Below are positions 35,809 to 45,570 of a stretch of DNA of 64,000 nucleotides, piece by piece; positions within the stretch are counted from its first letter, which is position 1; each line of letters starts with the position of its first letter. Below the pieces are notes generated by a model, which saw only the letters and a list, made by a program, of their open reading frames with translations, was not told where the DNA came from and searched no databases. Origin of the DNA: Gemmatimonadales bacterium (GTDB lineage: Bacteria; Gemmatimonadota; Gemmatimonadetes; Gemmatimonadales; GWC2-71-9); NCBI GenBank assembly GCA_965248285.1, contig CBDFJJ010000005.1, positions 121,447-185,446 of the forward strand, in the 5' to 3' direction. A program made the position numbers and the translations under genes.

Positions 35809-36702
35809 CTACGCAGCCGCGTCCAGGCCGACGAAGTCGCGTCGCACTTGAGCCGGGCTGCGATAGTCGTACTTCTCCAGCATCCACTGCTCGTTGTACG
35901 TCCGCTTGAACTCGAGCAAGGCCAGGCGGAGCTCCTCGATCGTCTCGAAGCTCCGTACCCACAAGACGTTTTCCTTCAGCGTGCGGATGAAGCGCTCAGC
36001 GACACCGTTGCCTTCGGGCTCCCGCACGAAGCTCGGAGAGCTTTCGATGCCGAAGAACGCGACCTCCTGTTGGAAATCGTCGGCCAAATAGTTCGACCCG
36101 TGGTCGTGACGCAGCCGCAGCCCGCGGGCCACGCCTTCGCCGATGCCCCCGAAGCGTTCCCGGATGCCCTGGCGAATCGGCTCCAGGGCCTCGAAGCGGT
36201 TCCCGCGCTTGGCGGCATGGAGCCCGATGCACTCGGTCGCGCAGTGATCGACGGCCACGAAGACGAAGGCTGCCCCCTCGGCGACGGTCACGGTGGCCGT
36301 CATGTCCGTGCCCCACATCACGTCGGGCGCCTCGGTGGTGATGGTCCCGTCGTGCGCCTTTGGCCCGTGCGCGTGGCCCGCGCGCTGCGGGGCCTGGAGG
36401 CCGGACTCCCGCATCAACCGCCGCACCCGTTCCTGCGAGGTCCGAATCCCGTCGACCCGCAGCTTCGCCCAGGCCTTCCGGTACCCCTCGCCATGAAACG
36501 GCGAGGCTTCGAGCACCCGGCGAATGTGGGCCACCAGGACGTCGTCCGGGGCAGCGCCGATCGGCCCGCGGCGACGACACGGCGCAGGGGACCGTGTCGC
36601 CTGCCGCCGCGCATACACACTGGAGCGGGCGCGGTGCCACACGCGGCAGACCCGCTGCACGCCATACGCCCGACGGGTGGAGATCGACTGGGCGCCACTC
36701 AT
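35809..36702 (-). CDS. IS3-family transposase OrfB (rve integrase core)
   Basis: 297 aa. WGTDMT...VDHCATECIG...HDHGSNY...ESSPSFVREPEGNGVAERF is the DDE/rve pattern. Confidence 0.85.
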   Translation of the reverse strand: MSGAQSISTRRAYGVQRVCRVWHRARSSVYARRQATRSPAPCRRRGPIGAAPDDVLVAHIRRVLEASPFHGEGYRKAWAKLRVDGIRTSQERVRRLMRESGLQAPQRAGHAHGPKAHDGTITTEAPDVMWGTDMTATVTVAEGAAFVFVAVDHCATECIGLHAAKRGNRFEALEPIRQGIRERFGGIGEGVARGLRLRHDHGSNYLADDFQQEVAFFGIESSPSFVREPEGNGVAERFIRTLKENVLWVRSFETIEELRLALLEFKRTYNEQWMLEKYDYRSPAQVRRDFVGLDAAA

Positions 36703-37091
36703 CGCGTCGACCTCCGCCGGGCCAAAGGGCCGCCGGCCTCCAGCTGATCCACCTTCGCGTACAGTAACTCGGTCTCCATCAGCAGCTCGCCGATCTTGGC
36801 CTGCAGCCGACGATGGTCTTCGTCCCGAGCATCCGGTGCGCGGCTCTTTAGGCCCGCCTGCCCCGCAGCCAGAAACTGAGCCCGCCAGTGCGACGCCCGC
36901 GCCGCCGTGATCCCCACCGCCCGCGACACCGACTCGAGATCCTCCCCGCGCAACAGACGCAGCACCACCTCACGCTTCCGCCCGGCCGAGAACCGACCCC
37001 CACGGCCGCGCCCGGCGGCCGCGCCGGTCGCCACCGATTCCTCAACGTGCTTCCTCATCTCGACACTCCTCCTGCGAGAACTCTCTCGCAA
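36699..37091 (-). CDS. IS3-family transposase OrfA (HTH)
   Basis: 130 aa with an HTH plus leucine-zipper-like C-terminus (RRLQAKIGELLMETELLYAKVDQLE). Its stop overlaps the orfB ATG (ATGA). Confidence 0.8.
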   Translation of the reverse strand: MRESSRRRSVEMRKHVEESVATGAAAGRGRGGRFSAGRKREVVLRLLRGEDLESVSRAVGITAARASHWRAQFLAAGQAGLKSRAPDARDEDHRRLQAKIGELLMETELLYAKVDQLEAGGPLARRRSTR

Positions 37092-37348
37092 TCAAGTGTC
37101 CAAGAAAACCCTAGGGCGCAGGACCTGCCAGCCTGGCCGATTCCGATCCCCTGGCCCGAAGATTTGGTGTCGTTAGTGGAAGAGGGCTGGGCGTCTACAT
37201 CCCTAGCCTTGCCCGAGCTATGCTCGCATGATATGCGTATGCAGTTGCGACTAAACGGGGCGCGTGAGATGGAAACTGGACCGGTCAATCCATTTACTAG
37301 TTAGGCCGTCTCCTACAGGGTCTCTCCCCGACGACACAGGAGCCAAGG

Positions 37349-37852
37349 ATGCACTCGATACGAGAAGACATGGAGGAGTTCCGGGGGCTACTCGAGAAGG
37401 GATCGATCCAGAAGGCCTACGGAGCACTGCTCTCGTACATGATGGGACTGCGAACACACTTCAAGAACAACCTTGCCGGTTCCACCGTGTCCGGTCTCTA
37501 TCAGGGATACATGGACATGACGTACTTCGCGTTCTTCCCGTCGTCACTCAAGCATCACAACCTCAAGATCGCGATTGTTTTCAACTACGACGCGTTTCGA
37601 TTCGAAGCCTGGCTTGTCGGACGCAACCGGGAGGTTCAGCGGCAGTACTGGGAGCTGTTCAAAGACAGCCCATGGCCCGAGTACCGTGTTGCCACGCCGG
37701 CGAAGGGTGTCGACTCGATCCTTGAATGCGACCTGGCCTCGGATTTCGACCTAGACGACCCAGACGCCTTGACCGCAGTCATCGAAACAACCGCCGTGGC
37801 GTTCATCGACGACATCAAGGGATTCCTCTCTGGGCACCAGCCTCTTGAGTAG
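37349..37852 (+). CDS. hypothetical protein
   Basis: 167-aa ORF in a lower-GC stretch between IS3 type A and the tRNA-Leu fragment. No motif recognised. Confidence 0.45.
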   Translation: MHSIREDMEEFRGLLEKGSIQKAYGALLSYMMGLRTHFKNNLAGSTVSGLYQGYMDMTYFAFFPSSLKHHNLKIAIVFNYDAFRFEAWLVGRNREVQRQYWELFKDSPWPEYRVATPAKGVDSILECDLASDFDLDDPDALTAVIETTAVAFIDDIKGFLSGHQPLE

Positions 37853-38314
37853 GCTGAGCCGCGTGACTGACCGATGCCTCGACACGGGCCGGCAGCCCAG
37901 AGAGCGGCCTAACAACCGGTTGCAGCGGACGGCGCTGAGCACCACCTAGGAGAAACCGGAAAGACTAGCACGAAACAGAAAACTCTCACATTTTTGAGTC
38001 ATGCTAAGATGGACGATCCACCAAGGGCATGACAAACACGGGTGAATGCGACCGCCACCCAAGACTTTCTGTCCTTCGATGTCGCGACGGAAACGCAGAA
38101 AGCCGTCGGCCTTCATGTGATTGCCGACTGGCTCCATCTTTCGACGGACCGCGTTCTCGTGCCAGAACTTGGTTTTGTCGTCAAGGCCCTGTGATGATAG
38201 ACACGTGGGTTTTTTGCGTCCCCGTATTGTCCCCGAGGTTGTCCCCGCCCGACGAAGATCGGTGCGTTGATCTTGTTGACGTGAGGGCACCTAACGCGAT
38301 GTGCAACAACCAGA

Positions 38315-38366
38315 TGCCCAGGGCGGGATTCGAACCCGCACGGGGTTTCCCCCAAGGGATTTTAAG
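38315..38366 (-). tRNA. 3' fragment of tRNA-Leu(UAA): anticodon loop to discriminator; not a complete gene (att-type remnant)
   Basis: Reverse complement is CTTAAAATCCCTTGGGGGAAACCCCGTGCGGGTTCGAATCCCGCCCTGGGCA. It contains an anticodon loop with TAA, a long variable arm, the T-arm GCGGG/TTCGAAT/CCCGC and the acceptor 3' strand. The sequence 5' of it cannot form the anticodon stem, D-arm or a GCCCAGG acceptor strand. Confidence 0.8.
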
Positions 38367-38491
38367 GTCTCCTCAGTCCGACGGCCATAGCCGACGGTTC
38401 CGCAGAACCCCCGTAAATACCGCGGTTTCCAATCCCCTGCCCTTTCCTTTTATAAGGGCCTTTTGGGCGTTTCGGCTGGTTTCTGCGTTTG

Positions 38492-38514
38492 TGTTACACG
38501 GTTTGTTACACGGT
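38492..38514. repeat. direct repeat tgttacacggt x2 at 12-bp spacing (possible integrase arm-type sites)
   Basis: Copies at 38492-38502 and 38504-38514, 126 bp from the tRNA-Leu fragment. Confidence 0.5.
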
Positions 38515-38561
38515 CGATCAGTCGTCTCTCCACAACCGGATCCGATACCCGGCCATCCTCA

Positions 38562-38621
38562 GAGGGCGGCGTGAGCCGGGCCACGCTCTACGTGGGTGAC
38601 GCGCTCGAGGTGTTGCGGACG
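38562..38621 (+). repeat. 60-bp direct repeat, left copy (5' end of methyltransferase gene)
   Basis: gagggcggcgtgagccgggccacgctctacgtgggtgacgcgctcgaggtgttgcggacg is identical to 62679-62738. Confidence 0.9.
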
Positions 38622-38891
38622 CTACCCGATGAATCGGTGCAAATGTGCTGTACGTCTCCGCCGTACTGGGGCCTGCGAGATTACGGGGTTGATGGCCAGC
38701 TGGGACTTGAACCCACTCCATGGCTGTACGTCGAGGATATGGTCACGGCGTTCGGATCCGGAACGACCGCAGCTGTCGCCACGGGCCTCGGCCGCAACGC
38801 CATCCACATCGATCTCAATCCCGAATATCTCAACCTCGCCATTGATCGGATCGGGCCGTTCCTGTGTGACGTGAAAGAGGTGGCGGCATGA
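38571..38891 (+). pseudogene. internally deleted DNA methyltransferase (paralog of 55450-56439)
   Basis: GTG start. It keeps N-terminal ...TSPPYWGLRDY...EDMVTAF, then jumps in frame to GSGTTAAVATGLGRNAIHIDLNPEYLNLAIDRIGPFLCDVKEVAA. About 225 codons of the full-length paralog are missing. Confidence 0.8.
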
Positions 38892-39227
38892 GGCGCATCA
38901 GCTTCGCTTTGACTGAGACCGCGTTCCTCGATGGCTCGAAGGACGTCACCCGTCGGCTCGGATGGAAGACGTTGGCTCCAGGAGCCGAGCTGCTCGCGGT
39001 CAACAAGTGCATGGGGCTGCGCAAGGGTGAGCGGGCTCGGATCTTCGGTCCGATCCGTGTGGTGGACGTCAGGCGGGAGCGGCTCTGTGTCATCACGCCG
39101 AGCGATGTTGTACGCGAAGGCTTCCCCGATTTCACTCCTGAGCAATTCATCGACCATTTTCGGGGTACACCGCATCGCATCACAGAACGAGGTGGTGACG
39201 CGCATCGAGTTTGCGAGAATAGCGTGA
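38888..39227 (+). pseudogene. ASCH-domain-like protein, probable frameshift near 39157-39165
   Basis: N-terminus ISFALTETAFLDGSKDVTRRLGWKTLAPGAELLAV is ASCH-like. A family-typical C-terminus (...EVVTRIEFARIA stop at 39227) is in the +1 frame after the run ttttcgggg. Confidence 0.45.
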
Positions 39228-39376
39228 GACGCCGCTTCGCTCTCCGCGTGTGGTGGCACTGCCTCTGTCGCGTCTTTCTACTCAACTACGACCACCGCAT
39301 GTGCTATAGTAGAGCGGGCGGCCTGGAACCTCTGGGATACGGGACAGTTGGAATTACCGAGCGGTGCGACCGGGCA

Positions 39377-39748
39377 ATGGAGCGACGGAGGGCCGGTCGC
39401 GTGACCACCGCTCTCTACCAGGACACCCGGAGAGGGCACGCCACGGAAGCCCAACGGGCGGCAATGCGGATGGTTCACGGCAAGACCGTCACGCCGAACC
39501 CCCGCGAGCGCGAGCTCGACCAGGCCATGAAGACCGTAATCTGGTATACCGCCGGCGGCATCAGCGTGAAGGACATGCCAGCGTATCCCGATGTGGAGCG
39601 TTTCGGGGAGGCCGAGTGTCCATCATGCGGACTTGTCCGGCCGGTGCTGTATCTACCGGATCGACGTTTACCCCTGGTTCCGCTGCTGTGGAGCGTTGTC
39701 CGCGGAATGCCATCTGGATTGCGAACCAGGATGCGGTTGAACAGTTGA
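39377..39748 (+). CDS. hypothetical phage-region protein
   Basis: Internal ATG within the long 38888 frame. MERRRAGRVTTALYQDTRRGHATEAQRAAM... with no motif recognised. Confidence 0.3.
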   Translation: MERRRAGRVTTALYQDTRRGHATEAQRAAMRMVHGKTVTPNPRERELDQAMKTVIWYTAGGISVKDMPAYPDVERFGEAECPSCGLVRPVLYLPDRRLPLVPLLWSVVRGMPSGLRTRMRLNS

Positions 39749-39767
39749 TGAGAATTGAGGGGACGCG

Positions 39768-40463
39768 ATGGGCTTCGCACTCGGTGTGTCGTCGAACATC
39801 GACATTGTCGCCGCCACGCTGGACGGCACCGCTCGCCAGTTGCCGTTTGCGATGGCTCGGACCATCAATGCGAGCGCCAAAGATTTTCAGAAGTTCCAGC
39901 GTAACCACATGCAGAACGTGTTCACCGTTCGGCGCAGGAACTTCGTTCTTCGGTCCGTCAAGATCAAACCGTTCGCCAACAAACGGCGTCTCGAGGCAAC
40001 GGTCAGCATTGACCCGCCCGGTGGTCAGCGCCGTGCGGACATCTTGGTCAAATTCGAGGAAGGCGGGACCAAGCGATCGCGCCGGGCGGGCGGTTCGGTG
40101 GCCGTGCCAATCGCCGTGCGGAAGAGTCGACAAAGCATCATCCGCAAGCGAGATCGGCCACGATCGTTTGCATTCCGTAAAGTTGGGCGTTCCCTACGGG
40201 GGAAGCGCCGGACGTTCCTGATCCCTGGTGTTGGCATCTACCAACGGGTCGGCGCCAAGAAAGCGGGCCGCCGTCTTGCTAGTTCGGTGAAGACGCGTCG
40301 AGTGCGGGACTTAAACATCCGACTTCTATATTCGTTGCGCCCATCAGTAGAAATCCCTAAGAGTCTGCGCTTTATCGCGAACGCCAAGAAGGTCGTTCCT
40401 CGCGTGTTCCCGGGTCACTTCAAGACGGAATTCGCGCGCGCCCTGAGAACGGCAAGGAGATAG
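39768..40463 (+). CDS. hypothetical phage protein (basic; possibly virion-associated)
   Basis: 231-aa ORF within the phage-like block. Function not recognisable from sequence. Confidence 0.45.
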   Translation: MGFALGVSSNIDIVAATLDGTARQLPFAMARTINASAKDFQKFQRNHMQNVFTVRRRNFVLRSVKIKPFANKRRLEATVSIDPPGGQRRADILVKFEEGGTKRSRRAGGSVAVPIAVRKSRQSIIRKRDRPRSFAFRKVGRSLRGKRRTFLIPGVGIYQRVGAKKAGRRLASSVKTRRVRDLNIRLLYSLRPSVEIPKSLRFIANAKKVVPRVFPGHFKTEFARALRTARR

Positions 40464-40470
40464 GACGAGT

Positions 40471-40887
40471 ATGACAACAACACAGACGAAACCAGAACCC
40501 AAGACCGGCAGCGTCGGTGCGCTGATCCAGCAAGCCGAGGAAGCGCAGGCACGCGGACGCGAGATCCTCGATGAACTGAACGAGATGAACAGGGTGTACG
40601 TGCAGCTGCTCGAAGCGTTGGAGGTACACGAAGCCACCATCGCCCGTATATGCGCGACGAGGTCAGTACGCTCAACGCATATCACGGAAGAAGCCTGTCG
40701 AGTTGCCGCGCTGAGCGTCAACGCCTTGCTACGGCACCCACATCGGTCACCGGCATGTTGCGATGGGTGGTGTTGTTGCGATGGGTGGTGTTACCGCAGG
40801 TCGTTGCGGATGGACCGTATTGGGTCGGACAGTCACCAACGCACGCGCGGTTTCAAGGAGAGGTTTAGGGGTCGCTGCGGTCCCTGA
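40471..40887 (+). CDS. hypothetical protein; 3' half doubtful
   Basis: Plausible coiled-coil N-terminus (ALIQQAEEAQARGREILDELNEMNRVYVQLLEALE). The 3' part contains an 18-bp tandem duplication, and a competing frame runs 40650-40868. Confidence 0.35.
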   Translation: MTTTQTKPEPKTGSVGALIQQAEEAQARGREILDELNEMNRVYVQLLEALEVHEATIARICATRSVRSTHITEEACRVAALSVNALLRHPHRSPACCDGWCCCDGWCYRRSLRMDRIGSDSHQRTRGFKERFRGRCGP

Positions 40888-40916
40888 CGTACCGTCCCGA
40901 TCTCCATGTACCAGGA

Positions 40917-41243
40917 ATGGACGAGATCCGCGCACGAAAGAAGGTGGCCCATGGATTGTTCCTTGGGAGGATCGTCAAGCCGAAGTGTTGTTCGCGGTGC
41001 GGTGCGGTGCCACCAAGGCATCGACCGCACGGACACCACGAGGATTACGAGTATCCCCTGGGCGTTGCACGGCTTTGTGCCGACTGCCACACAGCGCACC
41101 ATGGGCATACGTGTTGCAAGAGAAAAAAGGTACTTCTGGCGCTTGAAGCCGTGAGGGTAACGCACGAGCACAGACGATCACTATATACGGCATGTGCGCA
41201 AGTCTATGTCGTGTCGTGTGTTCGGGAAGGCTGTTTATGGTAA
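40917..41243 (+). CDS. HNH-type endonuclease (phage terminase-associated type)
   Basis: CSRCG...HGHHEDYEYPLGVARLCADCHTAHH has the HH-DY-PL-LC-CH-H spacing of small phage HNH proteins. Sits directly upstream of terS/terL. Confidence 0.65.
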   Translation: MDEIRARKKVAHGLFLGRIVKPKCCSRCGAVPPRHRPHGHHEDYEYPLGVARLCADCHTAHHGHTCCKRKKVLLALEAVRVTHEHRRSLYTACAQVYVVSCVREGCLW

Positions 41244-41746
41244 CAAAGAGATCGACCCAGGCGACATCGCGCAACGCGCGGGTCACGCAAACAGCGTTGG
41301 CCAAATTATTCCGCGTTGACGTGCGAACGATTCAGCGGTGGACCAAAGCCGGTATGCCGCGAGAGGGCGCCAGCCGGTCCTCCAAGTACGACTTGCCCCA
41401 GTGCATCGCGTGGCGACGGGAGGAAGACCGGAAAGAGGCCGAGGACCTCCGGCACCCCAAGACGTTCGAGGAAGCCCGGGCGCGGAAGATGGCGGCCGAG
41501 GCGGAATTGGCCGAACTCGACGTGATGGAGCGGCGCGGTGAGCTTGGCACGGTCGAGGAGATGGACGAAGTGATCACGACGGGGTTCGGTCGGATGCGGG
41601 CGTACGGCTTGGGTGCACCCTCTCGCCATGCTCGGGACTTTGTTGGACTCAAGACCGTGACGGCTGCGCGCAACGCCGTCCGACACCTGATCACCGAATT
41701 GTTCGACGCGTTCCATCGCATGGGCGAGGAAGACGAGGCTGCGTGA
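41237..41746 (+). CDS. terminase small subunit-like HTH protein
   Basis: VTQTALAKLFRVDVRTIQRWTKAGMP HTH. Acidic coiled region. Its stop overlaps the terL GTG (GTGA). Confidence 0.6.
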   Translation: MVTKRSTQATSRNARVTQTALAKLFRVDVRTIQRWTKAGMPREGASRSSKYDLPQCIAWRREEDRKEAEDLRHPKTFEEARARKMAAEAELAELDVMERRGELGTVEEMDEVITTGFGRMRAYGLGAPSRHARDFVGLKTVTAARNAVRHLITELFDAFHRMGEEDEAA

Positions 41747-43456
41747 GTGTGGCGCTGGAGAACCTCACTGGTCCCGCGGAGGTCAGTGACCGATTTCGCG
41801 AGCACGCCCAGGCGATCTTTGCCCCGCCGGAGGATCTAACCGGGAGCGAGTGGGCCGATAAGTACCGCGTGATCAGCCCCGGCAACCCGGAGCCCGGTCC
41901 CTGGCGCACCGATCGCGCGCCCTACCTGCGCGAGATCATGAACGTCTGTACCGACCAAAGCGTCGGCGACAAACGTGTGGTGTTCATGAAGTCCGCCCGG
42001 GTGGGTGGGACCCAGGCCGGATGTAATGTGATCGGGTTCTATACCCATGAAGTCCCGTCCCAGATGCTCGTGGTCCAGCCTACCAAGGAAGACGCCGAAG
42101 GATTTTCGAAAGAACAGTTGAAGCCCATGATCGACGACACGCCCGTCCTCCGGGAGACCTATTACCCTGAAACGGGCCGGCGAGATTCCCGCAACACCAT
42201 CCTCAAGAAGTCGTTCCCCGGGGGATTCTTGGTCATGGTGGGATCGAACAGCGCCTCGGGTTTTCGACGGCGCGACATTCAACGGGTGTTCTTGGAAGAG
42301 GTCGACGGTTACGGGCGGGTGGCGCGCGGGAGTTCGACCAATGCGGAAGGTGACCCGGTCACCCTGGCCGTCAAACGCACCCAGAACTACGACGACCGGC
42401 TGATCTACGAGAACTCCACCCCGACCATCAAGGGGCAGTCGCGCATCGAGCACGACTTCACCCTCTCCGATCAGCGTCGGTATTTCGTCCCCTGCCCCTT
42501 CTGCGGCCACATGCAGGTGTTGCACTGGCGCAACCTGCGCTGGGTGGACAATGACCCGGCGACGGTGCAGTACACCTGCGGGGAGATTTCCAACGAGGGC
42601 GAACTCGAGGCAGGATGCGGGAAACCGATCGAGGAACACCAGAAGCAATGGATGCTCCGCCGTGGGGAGTGGCGGGCCTCCCATGCGGGCCGGCGGATTA
42701 TCGGCTTTCACCTCTGGGCGGCGTATTCACCCTTTACCACGTGGGAACGCTTGGTCGAGGAGTGGCTCAACGCCCAGGGCAACAACGAACTCCTGCAAGT
42801 GTTCGTCAACACCGTGCTCGGGGAGACATGGGAGGGGCCCGCCGGCGAACAAATCGACCACACGGGACTCCTGGCACGGCGCGAGCGGTATCTCGCCGAC
42901 GTGCCGGCCGGCGTGGGGTTACTGACCGCAGGAACGGACGTGCAGGGCGATCGCCTCGAGGTCAGTGTGTGGGGATGGGGAAAGGGAGAGGAGCAGTGGC
43001 TGATTGACCACCAAGTGCTTTTTGGCGACCCACACCACGACGAGGTGTGGCGGCAGTTGGACGTGGTGCTCGATCGTCCGTGGAAGCACGCCTCCGGAGC
43101 CGACCTCCATCTCCGCGCCATGGGTGTCGACGCGGGGGGGCATCATACCCTTGAGGTCCATCAATACTGTGCGGCTCGCTTTTCCCGGGGGGTGATGGCC
43201 ATGCGAGGGGCCAACGTCCCGGGCGCGGCCGCGCTCCAGACACCGAGCACGAAAAGCAAAGCGAAAGGGAAGCTGTGGACGACGGGCACGGAGGCGCTCA
43301 AGGACCTACTATACGCCCGGCTGAAACTCACGACGTCCGCTCCGGGGTACGTCCATTTCCCGGTGCACATCGAGGACGAGTACTTCCGCCAGCTCACGGC
43401 CGAGAAGGCGGTTACCCGGTATGTGCGGAGCCGGCCGGTGCGGCAGTACCAATTAA
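41743..43456 (+). pseudogene. terL: terminase large subunit, GpA family, 3'-truncated by IS5-like copy 2
   Basis: GpA-type features include YFVPCPFCGHMQVLHWRNLRW and YFRQLTAEKAVTRYVRSRPVRQY. The reading frame runs into the IS inverted repeat at 43457. The last 20 codons of the track ORF are IS-encoded. Confidence 0.8.
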
Positions 43457-44769
43457 CAGGTTGCGGAAAAAGTCGGGTAATGGACGATAGCATCGCGAGC
43501 CGGAAGTTCTTATCGTAGAGGGACCTCGATGGGAGTGCCACGATGCGCGGGAACAAGACGAATCAGTCGGCGCTGTTCAGCTATATCAGTGCGGAGGATC
43601 GGGTGCCCTCCGACCATCCGTTGCGCGCCCTGCGGGCGCTGGTGGACCCGGTGTTAGCCCGGCTCTCGCCGCAGTTGGACCGGCTGTACGCGCGGCGGGG
43701 CCGGCCGTCGATTCCCCCGGAACATTTGTTACGCGCGTTATTGCTGCAGGTGGTGTATACGATCCGGAGCGAGCGGCAGCTGATGGAGCAGCTCGATTAC
43801 AACATCCTGTACCGATGGTTTGTGGGGTTGAATCTGGACGACGCGGTGTGGGTGCCGACGGTCTTTACGAAGAATCGGACGCGGCTGGTCGAGGGGGGCA
43901 TCGCGGATGCGTTTCTGGCCGAAGTGTTACAGGAGGCGGAGCGGCGGGCGTTGTTGTCGAATGAGCATTTCACCGTCGACGGGACCTTGCTGGACGCGTG
44001 GGCGAGTCAGAAGAGTTTTCAGCCGAAGGCCGGCACCCGCCCGCCAACGGACGATGATCCGGGGAATCCGAGCGTGACGTTTCGCCAGGAGAAACGGACG
44101 AATGCGACGCATGCGTCGCGGACGGACCCGGAGGCGCGGTTGACGCGGAAGAGTGGGGGGCAAGGCGCGCAATTGGCGTACTTGGCGAGTGTGTTGATGG
44201 ATAATCGGCACGGGCTCGTGGTGGCGACCGACGTGACGCAGCCCGGCTACGAGGCGGAGTGTGCGAGTGCGCTGGCGATGGTGGGGAGCTTACCGCCGAC
44301 GGCCCGGCGTCGGACGTTGGGGGCGGACAAGGGTTATGATCGGTGCGGGTTTGTCGACACGCTGCGGGCGTTGGGCTGGACGCCCCACGTCACGCCGAAC
44401 GTGCACCGCACGCGGTTGCGGAGCGCGGTGGATGGCCGGACGACGCGCCATCCCAGCTATGCGATCAGTCAACGGCAGCGCAAAAAAGTGGAAGAGATCT
44501 ACGGGTGGGGCAAGACGATTGGGTTGTTACGCAAACTCCGACATCGCGGGACCCCGCGGGTCGGGTGGGTGTTTACGTTTACGGCCGCGGTCTACAATCT
44601 GATGCGGATACGCACCCTGACCCTGGCCGGAGGCAGCCCCTGATGGGGCAGTGTGGGCCGCATTCGTCACGCCGACCGCACCGCGGGGGCGGTAATAGGG
44701 GACCGCACGCTGGTACACCGTCGTGTTACCCGGACAAACGCGGCCCACCATGAATTTTTCCGCAACCTG
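43457..44769 (+). mobile_element. IS5-family insertion sequence, copy 2 (1313 bp)
   Basis: Same inverted repeats as copy 1. The flanks differ: TTAA (43453-43456) versus CTAG (44770-44773). Confidence 0.9.
43543..44643 (+). CDS. IS5-family DDE transposase
   Basis: The 366-aa sequence matches copy 1 as given in the ORF track. Confidence 0.9.
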   Translation: MRGNKTNQSALFSYISAEDRVPSDHPLRALRALVDPVLARLSPQLDRLYARRGRPSIPPEHLLRALLLQVVYTIRSERQLMEQLDYNILYRWFVGLNLDDAVWVPTVFTKNRTRLVEGGIADAFLAEVLQEAERRALLSNEHFTVDGTLLDAWASQKSFQPKAGTRPPTDDDPGNPSVTFRQEKRTNATHASRTDPEARLTRKSGGQGAQLAYLASVLMDNRHGLVVATDVTQPGYEAECASALAMVGSLPPTARRRTLGADKGYDRCGFVDTLRALGWTPHVTPNVHRTRLRSAVDGRTTRHPSYAISQRQRKKVEEIYGWGKTIGLLRKLRHRGTPRVGWVFTFTAAVYNLMRIRTLTLAGGSP

Positions 44770-44799
44770 CTAGGTGGTGCTCTGCAAGGAAGGTGTGTG

Positions 44800-45192
44800 T
44801 CAGCGGGTTTTTCGAACCTTGGCGTTTATTCTTCTCACATTGCGCGCACTTGGAAGATTGACGAGAGCCGACCCAGTAAACGTCTCCTGGTTCCCGACCG
44901 GCACCCGAAGCCCGTACTCGTCGTCTGTGTCGATTACAAAACCATCAGCGTCTTGAAATTCGATCGTCGCATCTAGAACGAGCGTTTTTCTGCCCGTGTT
45001 GCGAATCGTCAGTCGCCATGCGTGTCGCCACCAGAGCTGATTCCGTTCCGTTACGCGCATAGTCACATCAACGATCTCGAAATCGTCTTGGGATACCGAT
45101 ATCCGGTGCCAGTAACGATTTGGGTCCCACTCTGAGGTGCCATGGTCGTCTGTGGACGCGAGTGGTCTAATCTCAATAACCCCCGCAAACAT
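44800..45192 (-). CDS. hypothetical protein (in an orphan fragment between two IS elements)
   Basis: 130-aa ORF in lower-GC sequence. Overlaps the upstream ORF by 130 nt, so it may be one frameshifted gene. Confidence 0.3.
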   Translation of the reverse strand: MFAGVIEIRPLASTDDHGTSEWDPNRYWHRISVSQDDFEIVDVTMRVTERNQLWWRHAWRLTIRNTGRKTLVLDATIEFQDADGFVIDTDDEYGLRVPVGNQETFTGSALVNLPSARNVRRINAKVRKTR

Positions 45193-45534
45193 GACAGTCG
45201 CCGCAAAGCCATAGGGAAACCACGTAAGCCGAATTCTAGGGGTTCATCGTTCTCAATCCAGGCAGTTAGGGTGTTTGCCCCTAGCGATTTGACGGTGAAA
45301 CGGCCCACGTCTGCAGGGCTGGCCAAGATTTCGGCAGCTCCACGGCTCCATATGGTCTCGAATGAATCCTGAGCCGAGGAGGCCGCTCGACCGAGTGTGG
45401 CGAACCGGACAACCAGGGAAGCCTCCTCGAATGGTGTCTCCACTGCGGTGATTGCTAGTTCGACACGATCCCCGTCACAGCGCCATGTCAGCTTTTCCGG
45501 TTGCGGGCCCTGCGTTGCGATGTAGCTTCTGCTC
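45063..45534 (-). pseudogene. hypothetical gene, 5'-truncated by IS3 type B
   Basis: The track ORF (to 45563) takes its ATG and first 10 codons from inside the IS3 left inverted repeat (45535-). Confidence 0.4.
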
Positions 45535-45570
45535 TGTTCCCCAATTCGAGTAGACAGATACATTGTTCAC

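Larger units (their letters stand above)
35761..37120 (-). mobile_element. IS3-family insertion sequence (type A); ends approximate at the left
   Basis: Imperfect inverted repeats: tgtgtatcgccccagggttcttggaca (35761-) versus the reverse complement of tgtccaagaaaaccctagggcgca (-37120). The ends are TG...CA. orfA/orfB arrangement. Confidence 0.75.

Noticed and set aside
37946-38290. Minus-strand ORF next to the tRNA-Leu fragment as a possible integrase remnant
   Set aside because: No integrase N-terminal or catalytic motifs are recognisable in any frame. The sequence is low-complexity and lower GC. Left unannotated.
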